A DNA stretch of 64,000 nucleotides from Acidobacteriota bacterium (lineage in GTDB: Bacteria; Acidobacteriota; UBA6911; RPQK01; JAJDTT01): positions 1,146,152 to 1,210,151 of the forward strand of contig CBDCLS010000004.1 in the NCBI GenBank assembly GCA_965218775.1, given 5' to 3'. The notes beneath the pieces were generated by a model that was given only the letters and a program-made list of their open reading frames with translations, did no database searches and was not told where the DNA came from. Positions 1-9,662 of this stretch are shown here, in pieces; position 1 is the stretch's first letter; each line of letters begins with the position of its first letter. The position numbers were made by a program, and so were the translations under genes.

Positions 1-26
1 CACAAATCGAACAGGCGGCTGAGTTC

Positions 27-1865
27 TTGGGAGCCAAGACAGGGCACGAATTCGAACGGGTTGTGCGGCGATTCACGTATCTCCGCAGGTTCACCCCGTT
101 CATGCTGCAGCACTTGGCTTTTCAAACCCAAGCCCACACAGAACGGAATGCAGTCCTGGACGCTGTCCAAGTGCTGATAGCCGCAAACAATTCCAAAGGT
201 CGCAAGCTGCCTCAGGACCCGCCGACAGAATTTGTTCCAAGCAAGCTCAAGCCCTTTGTCGGCTACGATGGAACCGTCAAGCGGCAAGAATGGGAGTGTG
301 CCTTACTGCTGGTGGTCCGAGATGAAATCAAAGCAGGCAACATTTCTGTCGCGGACAGTAAACGATTTGGCAAATTCGACCGATTCTTCGTATCCGCCGG
401 TGAGTGTCGGCACCGTCGCTCGGAGTTCTTCCGTCGAGACGGCCTACCCGAAGAACCGGCCGAGGCATTGGAGTATCTCCGGCAGCGGCTAAACCAAGCG
501 TTTGATGGATTCCTGCACGCTCAGCCTGATAACGCGTATGCCTCCGTCGACGATGGGGGCTGGCACCTTTCGGCGGATGCTGGCGAGAAGTTGACAGCAG
601 AAGAGGAGCAGAGACTCGGGAAGCTGAAAGAATGGCTCGCTCGCCGCATGCGGTCGATTCGGCTCCCTGACCTGCTCATCGAGGTAGACAACGACCTCGA
701 ATTGACTCGCCATTTCTTAGGGCAAGACCAACGCCGAAACGCCGAGGGGGTCTGCTCGATTCTCGTGGCGATTATGGCCCACGGCTGCAACATCGGCCCC
801 TACACGATGGTTCGTCTGACCGAGGGTGTCTCCTATTCGCAAATCAAACGCATCACCGACTGGAGGCTTACTGAGGACAACCAGCGGGCGGCATTGGCCG
901 ACGTGGTGCGTGCCCTCAGTTCGCTGGGCACATCATTGACATGGGGAGAGGGAAAGGCGTCCAGCAGCGATGGCCAACGCTTTCTCTTCGCGAGCAAAGT
1001 CCTGCAGCGGACGTTCAGTCACCGCATGAGCGACTACGCCCTTGAGTTCTATTCGTTTGTCGCTGACAACTACGCACCCTTTTACAGCACGCCGATTGAA
1101 TGCACTGACCGGGACGCTGCCTACGTGCTTGACGGGCTGCTCTACAACGAGAGCGACCTGGAACTGGAAGAGCATTACACCGACACGCACGGCTACACGG
1201 AAATCAACTTCGCAGCGTTCGCCATGATTGGCAAGAGGTTCTGTCCCCGGATTCGCGGCATCCAGCACCAGCGAATCTACCGCATAGATAAGGACCGAGA
1301 TTACGGGGCCCTGACACCGCTCGTAATCGCAAAGGACCGAACCATCAATCTGCGGCTTATTCGCGAACAGTGGGACCGCATGGGGCATTTCTACGCTTCG
1401 CTCGAAAGCGGGCAGACGACTGCCTCAGTGGCCTTGAAGCGGCTGGCTGGATTCAGCAGGAAAAACCTGTTCTATCGAGCCAATCGTGAGTTAGGCCGGG
1501 TGTTCAAGACCGAGTTCATCCTGCAGTACATGTCTCAATCGCCGCTTCGGCGACGTGTTCGGCGAGGACTTCTGAAGGGCGAACAGCTTCACACGCTCGC
1601 CAGGGACGTTTGCTATGGCAAACGGGGTCGCATTACAGCCCGCGACCTGCACGAGCAGATGAACACCTGCAGCTGCCTGACGCTGATTTTGGCCTGCATC
1701 ATCTATTGGCAGGCAAAGGAAATCGAAAGGGTTGTATCGGAGACCGACCTGTCGTCAGAAGGTGTCGACGTGGGGCTGCTCGAGCACGTTAGCCCAATAG
1801 AGTGGGAAAACGTGCTGCTCTACGGGGAATACATCATCGACCGGCGACGAATCCGCGTCGCTTAG
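27..1865 (+). CDS. tnpA: Tn3-family transposase TnpA (5' end truncated by window)
   Basis: DDE_Tnp_Tn3 motifs SSSDGQRF, YVLDGLL, HYTDTHGYTE, RGLLKGEQLHTLAR, HVSPIEWENV. Confidence 0.95.
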   Translation: MGAKTGHEFERVVRRFTYLRRFTPFMLQHLAFQTQAHTERNAVLDAVQVLIAANNSKGRKLPQDPPTEFVPSKLKPFVGYDGTVKRQEWECALLLVVRDEIKAGNISVADSKRFGKFDRFFVSAGECRHRRSEFFRRDGLPEEPAEALEYLRQRLNQAFDGFLHAQPDNAYASVDDGGWHLSADAGEKLTAEEEQRLGKLKEWLARRMRSIRLPDLLIEVDNDLELTRHFLGQDQRRNAEGVCSILVAIMAHGCNIGPYTMVRLTEGVSYSQIKRITDWRLTEDNQRAALADVVRALSSLGTSLTWGEGKASSSDGQRFLFASKVLQRTFSHRMSDYALEFYSFVADNYAPFYSTPIECTDRDAAYVLDGLLYNESDLELEEHYTDTHGYTEINFAAFAMIGKRFCPRIRGIQHQRIYRIDKDRDYGALTPLVIAKDRTINLRLIREQWDRMGHFYASLESGQTTASVALKRLAGFSRKNLFYRANRELGRVFKTEFILQYMSQSPLRRRVRRGLLKGEQLHTLARDVCYGKRGRITARDLHEQMNTCSCLTLILACIIYWQAKEIERVVSETDLSSEGVDVGLLEHVSPIEWENVLLYGEYIIDRRRIRVA

Positions 1866-1898
1866 CGTGAAAAATCGCAGCAATCGGCTTAGTATCCT
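1861..1898 (-). mobile_element. Tn3-family 38-bp right terminal inverted repeat
   Basis: Reverse complement AGGATACTAAGCCGATTGCTGCGATTTTTCACGCTAAG: 38 bp ending in the canonical ACGCTAAG and overlapping the tnpA stop. Confidence 0.8.
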
Positions 1899-2009
1899 AA
1901 ATAGCGACATCGCGACATCTGTCGCTATTCCCTCAAAAATCGCTCCGTGAGACGCCCCACAAGCGCCGATCAATCGTCGGCGCGACGTCTACCATTCGCC
2001 AAATTGAAG

Positions 2010-2063
2010 GATTTCGGGGCTTGTCGCCTTTCGTCCAAGAAGGCGACAGAAACTTACCCATCT
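2010..2063. repeat. TGTCGC-palindrome site copy B (putative recombinase binding/res-like site)
   Basis: GATTTCGGGGCTTGTCGCCTTTCGTCCAAGAAGGCGACA, near-identical in inverted orientation to 5321-5359. Confidence 0.75.
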
Positions 2064-2108
2064 CCTAGTAGGGGTGCAATTAAACAAAGGTACCGAATCC
2101 GTCATAGC

Positions 2109-2200
2109 CTAGGTCAAATATCGGAACACGGTCCTTTCGCTGACAGCGAGTGCATTTGCAATCTCCGGAATCGTCAATCCCTGCTTCCTGAGCCGCCATC
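2109..2200 (-). pseudogene. C-terminal helix-turn-helix fragment (resolvase-like)
   Basis: RLRKQGLTIPEIANALAVSERTVFRYLT*; no cognate N-terminus adjacent. Confidence 0.55.
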
Positions 2201-2237
2201 TGTGACGGTCTGAGTCGACCGCCAGGCCGGTCCTAAT

Positions 2238-2460
2238 GTGCGCGAGGGATTGACGGTCTATACCTTTCCCCGCAGCCTGCGCAAGAAGATCCGGACGATC
2301 CACGGCGTGGAGAATCTCAACAAACGGATCCGCCGCCGCACTCGCTTGGTGGCCTTCCTGCATACCGACTCGGCTCTGCGATTGATCTCGGCCGCAATGG
2401 CGGAGGTTCACGACGAATGGCTCACGCGCCGATGCTATCTGAACCTGGAGAGTCACGAAA
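2238..2460 (+). pseudogene. IS256-family transposase C-terminal remnant
   Basis: YTFPRSLRKKIRTIHGVENLNKRIRRRTR...SALRLISA resembles the IS256 (Mutator) C-terminus. Confidence 0.8.
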
Positions 2461-2499
2461 AGGAAGGATCCTGTCCCGCAACCGGCCTGGGGTTTTTCG

Positions 2500-2748
2500 T
2501 CATTCGTTTGCGGATTTTGCGATGCGGCGGAGAGAAATCCCTCGGGGGGACTCCGGGCCGTTGCGGCGACTTCTCAAAAGATAGAGGACGATCCCTACGA
2601 GCACGCCGCCGGGAAGTCCGACCACCAAGAAGCCCCTTACTTGTGGGACTCCAATGAGAAAAATGGACATCGAACCAATTGCAAAGAGCAAACCGGCCAC
2701 ACTTTTCACGGGTATCTTATCAATCCTAATACCTGGGTGTTTCTTCAT
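2500..2748 (-). CDS. small two-TM membrane protein
   Basis: Two hydrophobic segments; AGGA-like RBS (GAAUGGC/GACGGA region) not strong. Confidence 0.55.
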   Translation of the reverse strand: MKKHPGIRIDKIPVKSVAGLLFAIGSMSIFLIGVPQVRGFLVVGLPGGVLVGIVLYLLRSRRNGPESPRGISLRRIAKSANE

Positions 2749-2777
2749 GCCATTCCGTCAGCCCACAGGAGCGTCGT

Positions 2778-2960
2778 TCACGTCAGACGGATCGCCTCGT
2801 CATGGATATGGTCCAGAAGCGCCTTGGCGTCGTTTGCGTCCCAGGTTTCAACGAATGCCGCGTGGGCGGCCTTGAGATCGTCGAGGTCGTCACACCTTGC
2901 CGCAGACGGCGCGGCAAGGATCACAAGAATGGCAACTGCAAGGATGGCAAGCTGTCTCAT
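2778..2960 (-). pseudogene. truncated secreted SnoaL/NTF2-like protein
   Basis: RBS GAGGAGG, signal peptide, then AAHAAFVETWDANDAKALLDHIHDEA and an early stop. Confidence 0.5.
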
Positions 2961-3067
2961 GTGTCCTCCTCTTGTCATGCTCGGGCGTAATGATTCCGAA
3001 AAATCTACTTATCCACTTTACTCGGGTGGTTACTCTAAGAATAGAGATGGGGCGGTGAGGCTCCCTA

Positions 3068-4363
3068 AGTGCTCTAGACCGGAATTACGGTGACGTATTT
3101 TTTGCTACGGTGTCAAGGGCGCCTAAGCCGCGGGGGCGAAGACGGACCGGGGCTGCCGCAATTTGGTGAGCAGTGTTTTCAAATCGCCACGGGTGAACTT
3201 CCAGGCGAAGGGGCGGGCGATCTCCTGGTAATGGTCCTGAAAGTCGAGAAGACGAGTCTCCAGTTGCTGCAAGTCTTGGAAGTCGTTGGGTGAGAGCACT
3301 TTTCGCTGGACGACGGAGAAGTAGATCTCGATTTGGTTGAGCCAACTGGCATGGACCGGCGTATGAACCGCATGAAGATTGGGCCATTGACGTCGCAGTC
3401 GATCAGCACAAGCCTGCCCGCGATGGGAAGAGACGTTGTCCATGATCCAAAAGACTCGCGAGGCAGAGCAGTAGGGTTGCTGGGACATCACCTGATGGAC
3501 GAGCTGATCGAAAGCGGTAATGCTCATCTTCGGTTCGCAGCGACCAAAGAGCCGAGCTCGTTGAATGTCCCAGGCCGCTAAGTAGATGAGAGCTCCTTTG
3601 CGATGGTATTCGGCTTCCACGCGCATCTCCCGCCCGGGTGAGGGAGGACGCGTCGGATGCTTTCGGAAGCGCGCCTGAATGCTGGTTTTCTCATCGGTAG
3701 AGATGACGAAATCGTGGTCTCCCAGCGGCTCTCCTTGCCAGATCCGCTGGTACAGATCCAGGACTCGACCGGCTTTTTCCTCAAAGGCCGGGTCACGGGG
3801 GAAAATCCAGGTACGGAAACGCCAAGGGCGAATGGCGTCTTGGCTGAGCCAGCGCCACAAGGTGCTCTCGCCGAGGGAGGCGACGAGGCCGCGTCGGAGC
3901 ACTTCCCGATGGATGTCGGGAATGCTGAAGCGGGACAGTGGAATACCGTGTTCGGCGGGCAACTCGCAGGCGAGCGCCTTAACCGCGACGACGACGCTGG
4001 GGGGAAAAGCGGGACGTGCGCCCGCCTCGGGATCGATCGTCCAATCCCAGCACTCCCTGTTCAAAGAAGCGTTTTCGCCACTTACTGACGACCTGCCTGG
4101 GGGTATCCAGACGGACGGCAATTTCATCGTTTCTCAGTCCCTGAGCTGCGAGCAGCACAATCTTGGCCCGGATGACATCACAATACGATGACGTATATTT
4201 TCGCGATCGGTGTTGCAGCTCTCGCTGTTCTTCCTTGGATAGGGAGATCAGATAGGGGCTCACTTGCGGCATCTTACCACCTTTCGATGGTAAGCGTACC
4301 TGGGAAGACTGACAACGGAATTCTAGAAATAATACGTCACTGTAATTATGAAATGGTAGGACT
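3068..4363 (-). mobile_element. IS630-family insertion sequence
   Basis: Imperfect terminal IRs (AATACGTCAC[C/T]GTAATT core at both ends), CTAAG directly repeated at 3065-3069 and 4362-4366, transposase inside. Confidence 0.85.
3123..4272 (-). CDS. IS630 transposase in two overlapping frames (orfA HTH 3979-4272; orfB DDE 3123-~4000)
   Basis: orfA RAKIVLLAAQG...VSKWRKRF; orfB DEKTSIQAR, WIMDN, HASWLNQIEIYF; frames join at TTTTCCCCCC (3999-4008). Confidence 0.88.
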
Positions 4364-4388
4364 AAGTTACCTGCAAGCAGATACAAGC

Positions 4389-4430
4389 AGATGGGTAATA
4401 TTATGTCGCTTTCAGCTAGAAAAGGCGACA
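4389..4430. repeat. TGTCGC-palindrome site copy C
   Basis: AGATGGGTAATATTATGTCGCTTTCAGCTAGAAAAGGCGACA, similar to copies B and D. Confidence 0.65.
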
Positions 4431-4434
4431 CACG

Positions 4435-5139
4435 CTAGTCCGATTCAAGCGATTGCTTTACTTCGGCCGTCGAAAAGCCGCCGCGGTCGTATTTCAGCGA
4501 AGTTCTCGATCGCCAAATCTTCTTCGCCTGCTTCAGCTCCTTGCGAAGTGCTCGCGGATCTCCCATGATGTCCGCCACGGCTCCTTTCGTGCCCGGAGAC
4601 ACAAGCTTCACTACATCGCGATACTCGGACTCTCCGTCGACGGGGTAGGCTTCGTTCTCCACAGCAAGAATCAGCTTTCCAGCAAGCTGCTTGTCCGCTT
4701 TTGCAGCTCGTGTCAAGGCCATTCTCAGGCCGTGGCGAAGAAGTAGTCCGGCGTATTTGTCCGATATCCGTTGCAAGTCATCCGCTGACATGTTCAGTTT
4801 GTTCTTGGCGGCTTCGAGCTCCGGATTTGCTCGTATCGCCTCTGCAAGACTCGACCTGATAGCCTGCGACTCCAGCAAAATGGATAGCGGAATCGTATTG
4901 ATTCTCAAGAGATCTCGTCCGCGCCTATCCTGTATTGTGTCCTGCCCAGTTGCGATCAAGAGGCGTGGATTCCGTTTTAGGAAAGCGTCAACTGTAGCGA
5001 AGGCATCGTTGAGTGAGCCAGCGAGAAGGGCGCGGGATTTTGACACGATCCCAGACAGTGACCTATCTACAATCCCCGTTAGTTCTGGTTTGATAGCTCT
5101 CCATAGGGGGCGCAGAATTAAGTATTCGATGAGGGCCAT
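4435..5139 (-). CDS. hypothetical protein (234 aa), antitoxin-like C-terminal tail
   Basis: RBS GGAGAGG before ATG 5139; helical protein; ends DIMGDPRALRKELKQAKK...STAEVKQSL. Confidence 0.7.
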   Translation of the reverse strand: MALIEYLILRPLWRAIKPELTGIVDRSLSGIVSKSRALLAGSLNDAFATVDAFLKRNPRLLIATGQDTIQDRRGRDLLRINTIPLSILLESQAIRSSLAEAIRANPELEAAKNKLNMSADDLQRISDKYAGLLLRHGLRMALTRAAKADKQLAGKLILAVENEAYPVDGESEYRDVVKLVSPGTKGAVADIMGDPRALRKELKQAKKIWRSRTSLKYDRGGFSTAEVKQSLESD

Positions 5140-5291
5140 TCGTACCTCTCCTGTCTGTCCGAATAAACTATTGATTATCTGGTTTCCAGATGATACGCCC
5201 AGCAGATTGTGGGGTCTAGCTCCCGGCAAGCGTACTAGGCCCAGAGGTACCGAAGCTGTCATGAGGTGCCATCTGTGGGGCCGGGTGCAGG

Positions 5292-5359
5292 TAGATAGGG
5301 TAGTTTTCCGAAGAAGGTGATGTCGCTTTCTTGGACGAAAGGCGACAAGCCCCGAAATC
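5292..5359. repeat. TGTCGC-palindrome site copy D
   Basis: TGTCGCTTTCTTGGACGAAAGGCGACAAGCCCCGAAATC, one mismatch to the reverse complement of copy B over 39 bp. Confidence 0.75.
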
Positions 5360-5397
5360 AGGGTAGCGCCCAGATTGCTGTTGAAATACAACATAAG
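5360..5397 (+). mobile_element. second Tn3-family 38-bp terminal inverted repeat
   Basis: AGGGTAGCGCCCAGATTGCTGTTGAAATACAACATAAG; shares GATTGCTG and the TAAG end with the IR at 1861-1898; lies downstream of a tnpA fragment. Confidence 0.7.
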
Positions 5398-5399
5398 GA

Positions 5400-5595
5400 C
5401 CCGTTTCTAGCGGAGACCAGGGCGCGATCGAGGACGTACTGGCCGTAGAGAATGATGTTTGTCCCATTCGATCGGGCTGACGTGCTGGAGCAAGGTCGCG
5501 TCGATGCCTTCCTCTGGCGACAGCCCCCGAGCTCACCGTCTGCGTGATCTGCTTGGCTTGCCAATAGATGATGCAAGCCAGAATCAACGTCAGAC
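5400..5595 (-). pseudogene. Tn3 transposase C-terminal remnant (frameshifted)
   Basis: LTLILACIIYWQAKQI and NIILYGQYVLDR match the C-terminus of the TnpA at 27-1865. Confidence 0.88.
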
Positions 5596-5674
5596 CCCTA
5601 TTTGGAAAATGGGGGCACGATCGGACTGGACTGGGAGACGAGATCACCCTGGACGAGGTGGAGCGGATTGGGAT

Positions 5675-6172
5675 TTAATCCCGGCCTAGAGAGAAAGTGT
5701 GCGCGAGCCGCTTCGCCCCCAGGAATAAACTTAGTCCTGCGATGCTCTGCACTAGGGACGCGACTAGACGGCCAACCAGATTAGATAGGAGAGGAACCGT
5801 GGGCACATCAGAGAGCCCGAGCAAGTGTCCGAGCAAGGGTACGAAGGCGAACAGTGTGCCAAATAGGCCATAAATAAGAAAGTACACGCCGAGGAGCGAG
5901 AACCCAACCACATGAAGACCCTCAACGTCATTCAGCTTTAGGGACCCGACTTCTCCGCTCGAAAAGATTGCTGTGGCGATTTTCCGATTTACTGCGATCA
6001 GCAAAACGCCCGGAACGAAACCAATAACTATGGATGTCACTATGGCGACCATAATTTGCGAGGTAGGGACGGTGGTGATTGTCTCCGTGATTATCCCACT
6101 AGCGGCAATAAAACCGTTCGTGATCGCATAAAGCCCGAGCAGAATGATTCCAAGCCGGGCAAGTTGATGCAT
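5675..6172 (-). CDS. four-TM hypothetical membrane protein
   Basis: Four hydrophobic segments; RBS AAGGGGGA. Confidence 0.75.
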   Translation of the reverse strand: MHQLARLGIILLGLYAITNGFIAASGIITETITTVPTSQIMVAIVTSIVIGFVPGVLLIAVNRKIATAIFSSGEVGSLKLNDVEGLHVVGFSLLGVYFLIYGLFGTLFAFVPLLGHLLGLSDVPTVPLLSNLVGRLVASLVQSIAGLSLFLGAKRLAHTFSLGRD

Positions 6173-6394
6173 CGTACATCCCCCTTTTTAGCGGGAATTA
6201 CATTCAAAATGACAGAAGTTTACCCTAACATAAAAACCTCACGCGACTGAGCTACGGGACCCGAACGCTGGGCTTGAGGAGGAGTGGCTGCTCCCGGTCG
6301 GCAGCCCTTAGCGTACATTCCTGTTCCGTTGCTACTTCAGACCCCGTTTAGCCGCTGCCGGAGATACTGGGACCCCTGAAAAAGGAAAAATACG

Positions 6395-6500
6395 GGTGTC
6401 TAACAAACCCTCCTGAAACCGTCCCGCTAAACCCTTGATTTTTCAGGGTTATTTTTCTACGCTTAAGGTGTCTACCAGACTATAGTCAGATAGACACCCC
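6395..6500. promoter_or_regulatory. putative res site upstream of serine resolvase remnant
   Basis: AT-rich region with inverted repeats (GGTGTCTA...TAGACACC; AACCCTTGATTTTTCAGGGTT) directly upstream of the resolvase start. Confidence 0.5.
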
Positions 6501-6520
6501 TCTCTCCTACAATCACCTCC

Positions 6521-6595
6521 ATGCCAAAGAACAAACGCGTCGCCATTTACGCCCGAGTCTCAACCCTCGACCAAAAACCCCAGATGCAACTTCCG
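6521..6595 (+). pseudogene. serine resolvase N-terminal remnant
   Basis: Manual translation MPKNKRVAIYARVSTLDQKPQMQL contains the catalytic YARVS motif; similarity then lost. Confidence 0.8.
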
Positions 6596-6718
6596 GTTCA
6601 GATCCGCACCACTCAGATCGGACCCCAGATCTACCGGATTATTGATGACGTCCTCAGAAGAAGGCGGCGATCAGTCTGATCAATTGCCCTCCGTCAAACA
6701 GTGAGCCCGCACAGAAAT

Positions 6719-7743
6719 CTACTGCGCTTGGTGGATCTCGCCTGACAGGGATTGGAGGAAGGTAACGAGGGATCGTTTTTCCTGATCCGTCAGCTTGAGA
6801 GGCTGTAGCTCTTCGTCGAGGTTTGGGTTGGGGCGGCCACCGTCGTTGTAGAAAGTCACTACCTCCTCAAGCGTGGCAAGAGAACCGTCGTGCATGTAAG
6901 GACCGGTGCGGCCGACCTCTCGCAGGGTGGGGTCTTGAACTTGCCACGGTCTTCTTCTCGCTCAGTCACAGAGAAGCGTCCGTTGTCGAGAAAACGTCCG
7001 TCTCCCCAGGCGACTCCCGTGTTGTGGAACCCCTCGTCGGTGAAGTTGGGACCTATGTGGCAGGCCGTGCAGTTTCCCTTGCCACGAAAGATTTCAAGCC
7101 CCTGGCGGGCGTCCTCCGATAGGGCCTCACGCTCGCCATTGAAGTAACGATCAAAGCGCGAATTACCCGAGAGAAGGGTGCGAACGAAACTGGCCAGGGC
7201 CTTGGCGATACCCTCAGCGTTGACCTCGGTTTGGAAAGCTTCCCGAAACCCCTGGCGATAATCTTCCTCTTTCTTCAACCTTGTCAGGACTTCCTCAAGA
7301 GTCATATCCATCTCCTTGGAGTCCTGGATGGGTTGAAGCACCTGCTCTTCCAGGCTCGAGATACGGCCATCCCAGAAGAAGGCACGCCCGTAGCCGCGAT
7401 TCACCAGTGTGGGCACACTCCGAGTGCCTTCCCTTGCAAAGACACCTTGACTGATTGCCCGCCCATCGGTGAAGGCCCGTTCGGGCTCGTGGCAGCCGGC
7501 ACAGGAGAGCGTCTGGTCCCGAGAAAGGAGCGGGTCAAAAAAGAGCTTCCGTCCTAACTCCACCTTCTCTCTCGCGAGAGGATTGTCTTCAGGTACTGGC
7601 AGATAGAGGTCAAGTCCCAGCGGAATTTTGGGTCGCCAGAGCTCATCAGAGATCGGCGAGCTAGACAGAAAAGGGACGATGCTGGCAAGCACCACCGTCA
7701 CTCCAGCGCGTAGGGTTCGCAAATTGAGGTGATCGCTCATCAA
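6719..7743 (-). CDS. di-haem cytochrome c peroxidase, MauG/MbnH-like (frameshift near 6930)
   Basis: Signal peptide, CAGCH and CTACH; after KFKTP another frame gives TLREVGRTGPYMHDGSLATLEEVV, ending at stop 6719. Confidence 0.88.
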
Positions 7744-7820
7744 TCAGGCGACTGGCGACCACAGAGGGCACCCCATGACAGCTTCGGTACCACTGGGCCA
7801 CCCTCCGGCAAATCGGGGTG

Positions 7821-9543
7821 TTAGTTCGGGATGCAGACCTTGTTTCTGTTGTCCCACCGGCAAGTCGGCTCGGCGTTACAGGCCCCCTTGTTGGTGATGC
7901 TCGAACAGTCCGCTGGTGGTTGGCAGGCCGGGTCCGACGCGCAGTCGGCATCGGCACAATCGAAAAAACCATCACAGTCGTTGTCTACGCTGTCAGTACA
8001 CACTTCCGCTGCCGGCACGCAAGGAGACGAACAGTCTGCGGCACAATTGAACTCGTCCTCTCTCACGTGCCCGTCCAAGCAGCTGCTTTCGTCACAGAAG
8101 TCGTCGCCGCAACTGTAGTTGGTGACCAAATAGGGACTGGGGTGATCATTGTAGTCGTAACTCCCGATCCCCAATTGTCCGTAGGCGTTATACCCACAAG
8201 ATCGGATGGTTCCGTCGAGCTTGAGAAGGTAGGTCGACCTCCCGCCTGCCACGACGTCCGCGACCAAGAACGAACCTGCTTGCACAGGAGCGTGCGAATC
8301 GCCCACGCTTCCGCTGCAATGCTCGCCCCATCCATTGCGGCCCCAGCACCACGCTGTGCTATCGCTTAGAAGGACGCAGTTGTGGTGATTGCCCACCGAC
8401 AGAAGCGTCGGTTCCGCCAGAAATCCCACCTCGAGGGGAACCGAGGACGGGCATGGTGACCCTTTGCCCTTTCCGCAGGTTCCGGTGTCGTTGCCCAGTT
8501 GGCTATTTTCATTCGAGCCCCAGCAGAAGACCGTGTTTGTGCCCGGCTTACAGCAGAAGTCCGTGTTGCCCTCCGGGTCACAGGGGAGTGTGTCCTCTAC
8601 GGCACAGGTGAGCGCGCAGACGTGGTCAGTCCCCACTTCGATGTCAATGGCCGCTTGTCCTGCGGGAAGGTTCACTTGGACGGGTACATGAGAATCGTCC
8701 GTGGTTCCGTCCCCGCCCCGCCCCAGCTGCCCAAATTCATTCGAACCCCAGCACCAAAGGGATCCATCGGTCTTGCGCGCGCAGGTTTGTCCGTTGCCAC
8801 CGTCGCTATTCGGGCCGGGGCCGGCCTCATAACTTTGGTAGCCATTGTCAATTCCGACCACATCGTGCATTTTCCCATCCGCTTCACTCAAGTCCACGAC
8901 TTGCGTGGGCCTCGAACGATTCGTTGTGGTGTTGTCGCCGACCTGACCATGGTAATTCGCAACCCCAGCACCAAGCAGTCCCATCGGGTTTAACAGCGCA
9001 GCTCGCCGTCGCCCCCCCAAGGTCCGTCGTTCCAACGAACGCATTCCCATCCAGGTCAGTCGTCACTTCGACGGCCACCGATCGATCCGTGTTGGTTCCG
9101 TCACCGAGCTCACCGTTGCCATTACTCCCCCAACACCAGACCGTTCCGTCGGTCTTTCTTGCGCATGAGTGGTAGTAACCGGAAAACATGGTGAGGACTC
9201 CCGTGAGGTCGTCTCCGTCTCCGTTCACGACCGACGACGCAAGTAGGGCGTCCTCATTGGGAAGGTCATTCCCCACCTGACCCGAATTGTCCAGTCCCCA
9301 ACACTCGGCGTCTCCACACAGGGTGACGACGCACATGTGTCCCCACGACATCGTGACGCCGAGCCCCCCTTCCGAAGTGAGAGGTTGCGATGTGCTACTC
9401 ACCTCCGGCGTGTTGTTCTGCCTGACCGTGTCGTCTGATTGAACGCCGTTGGCCAGGGCAGGGATGACGATAAGAAGCCAGACAAACAGGTGGATTGAGC
9501 GACGGAAACGGTTCTCAATTCTCAACATTCTAGTCTTCTCCAT
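7821..9543 (-). CDS. secreted RCC1-repeat beta-propeller protein with Cys-rich C-terminus (frameshift near 8961)
   Basis: Repeated SCARKTDGTVWCWGSNxxGxLG units in ORFs 8884-9591 and 7821-9050; C-terminal EVCTDSVDNDCDGFFDCAD repeat. Confidence 0.85.
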
Positions 9544-9662
9544 GGTTCGACGCTCTCTTCCGAGGTGAAGGCGAGAGAATGGACCAGGCATGCCCTAGAC
9601 CGTCCACGGCCCTTAACCTCGGCCTTCAGTGAAGAGGGAGCTTCTCTTGACCCGTCTAGCAA

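Noticed and set aside
6280-6310. TGGCTGCTCCC as a tRNA 3' end / att site
   Set aside because: No TTCGA T-loop or cloverleaf follows.
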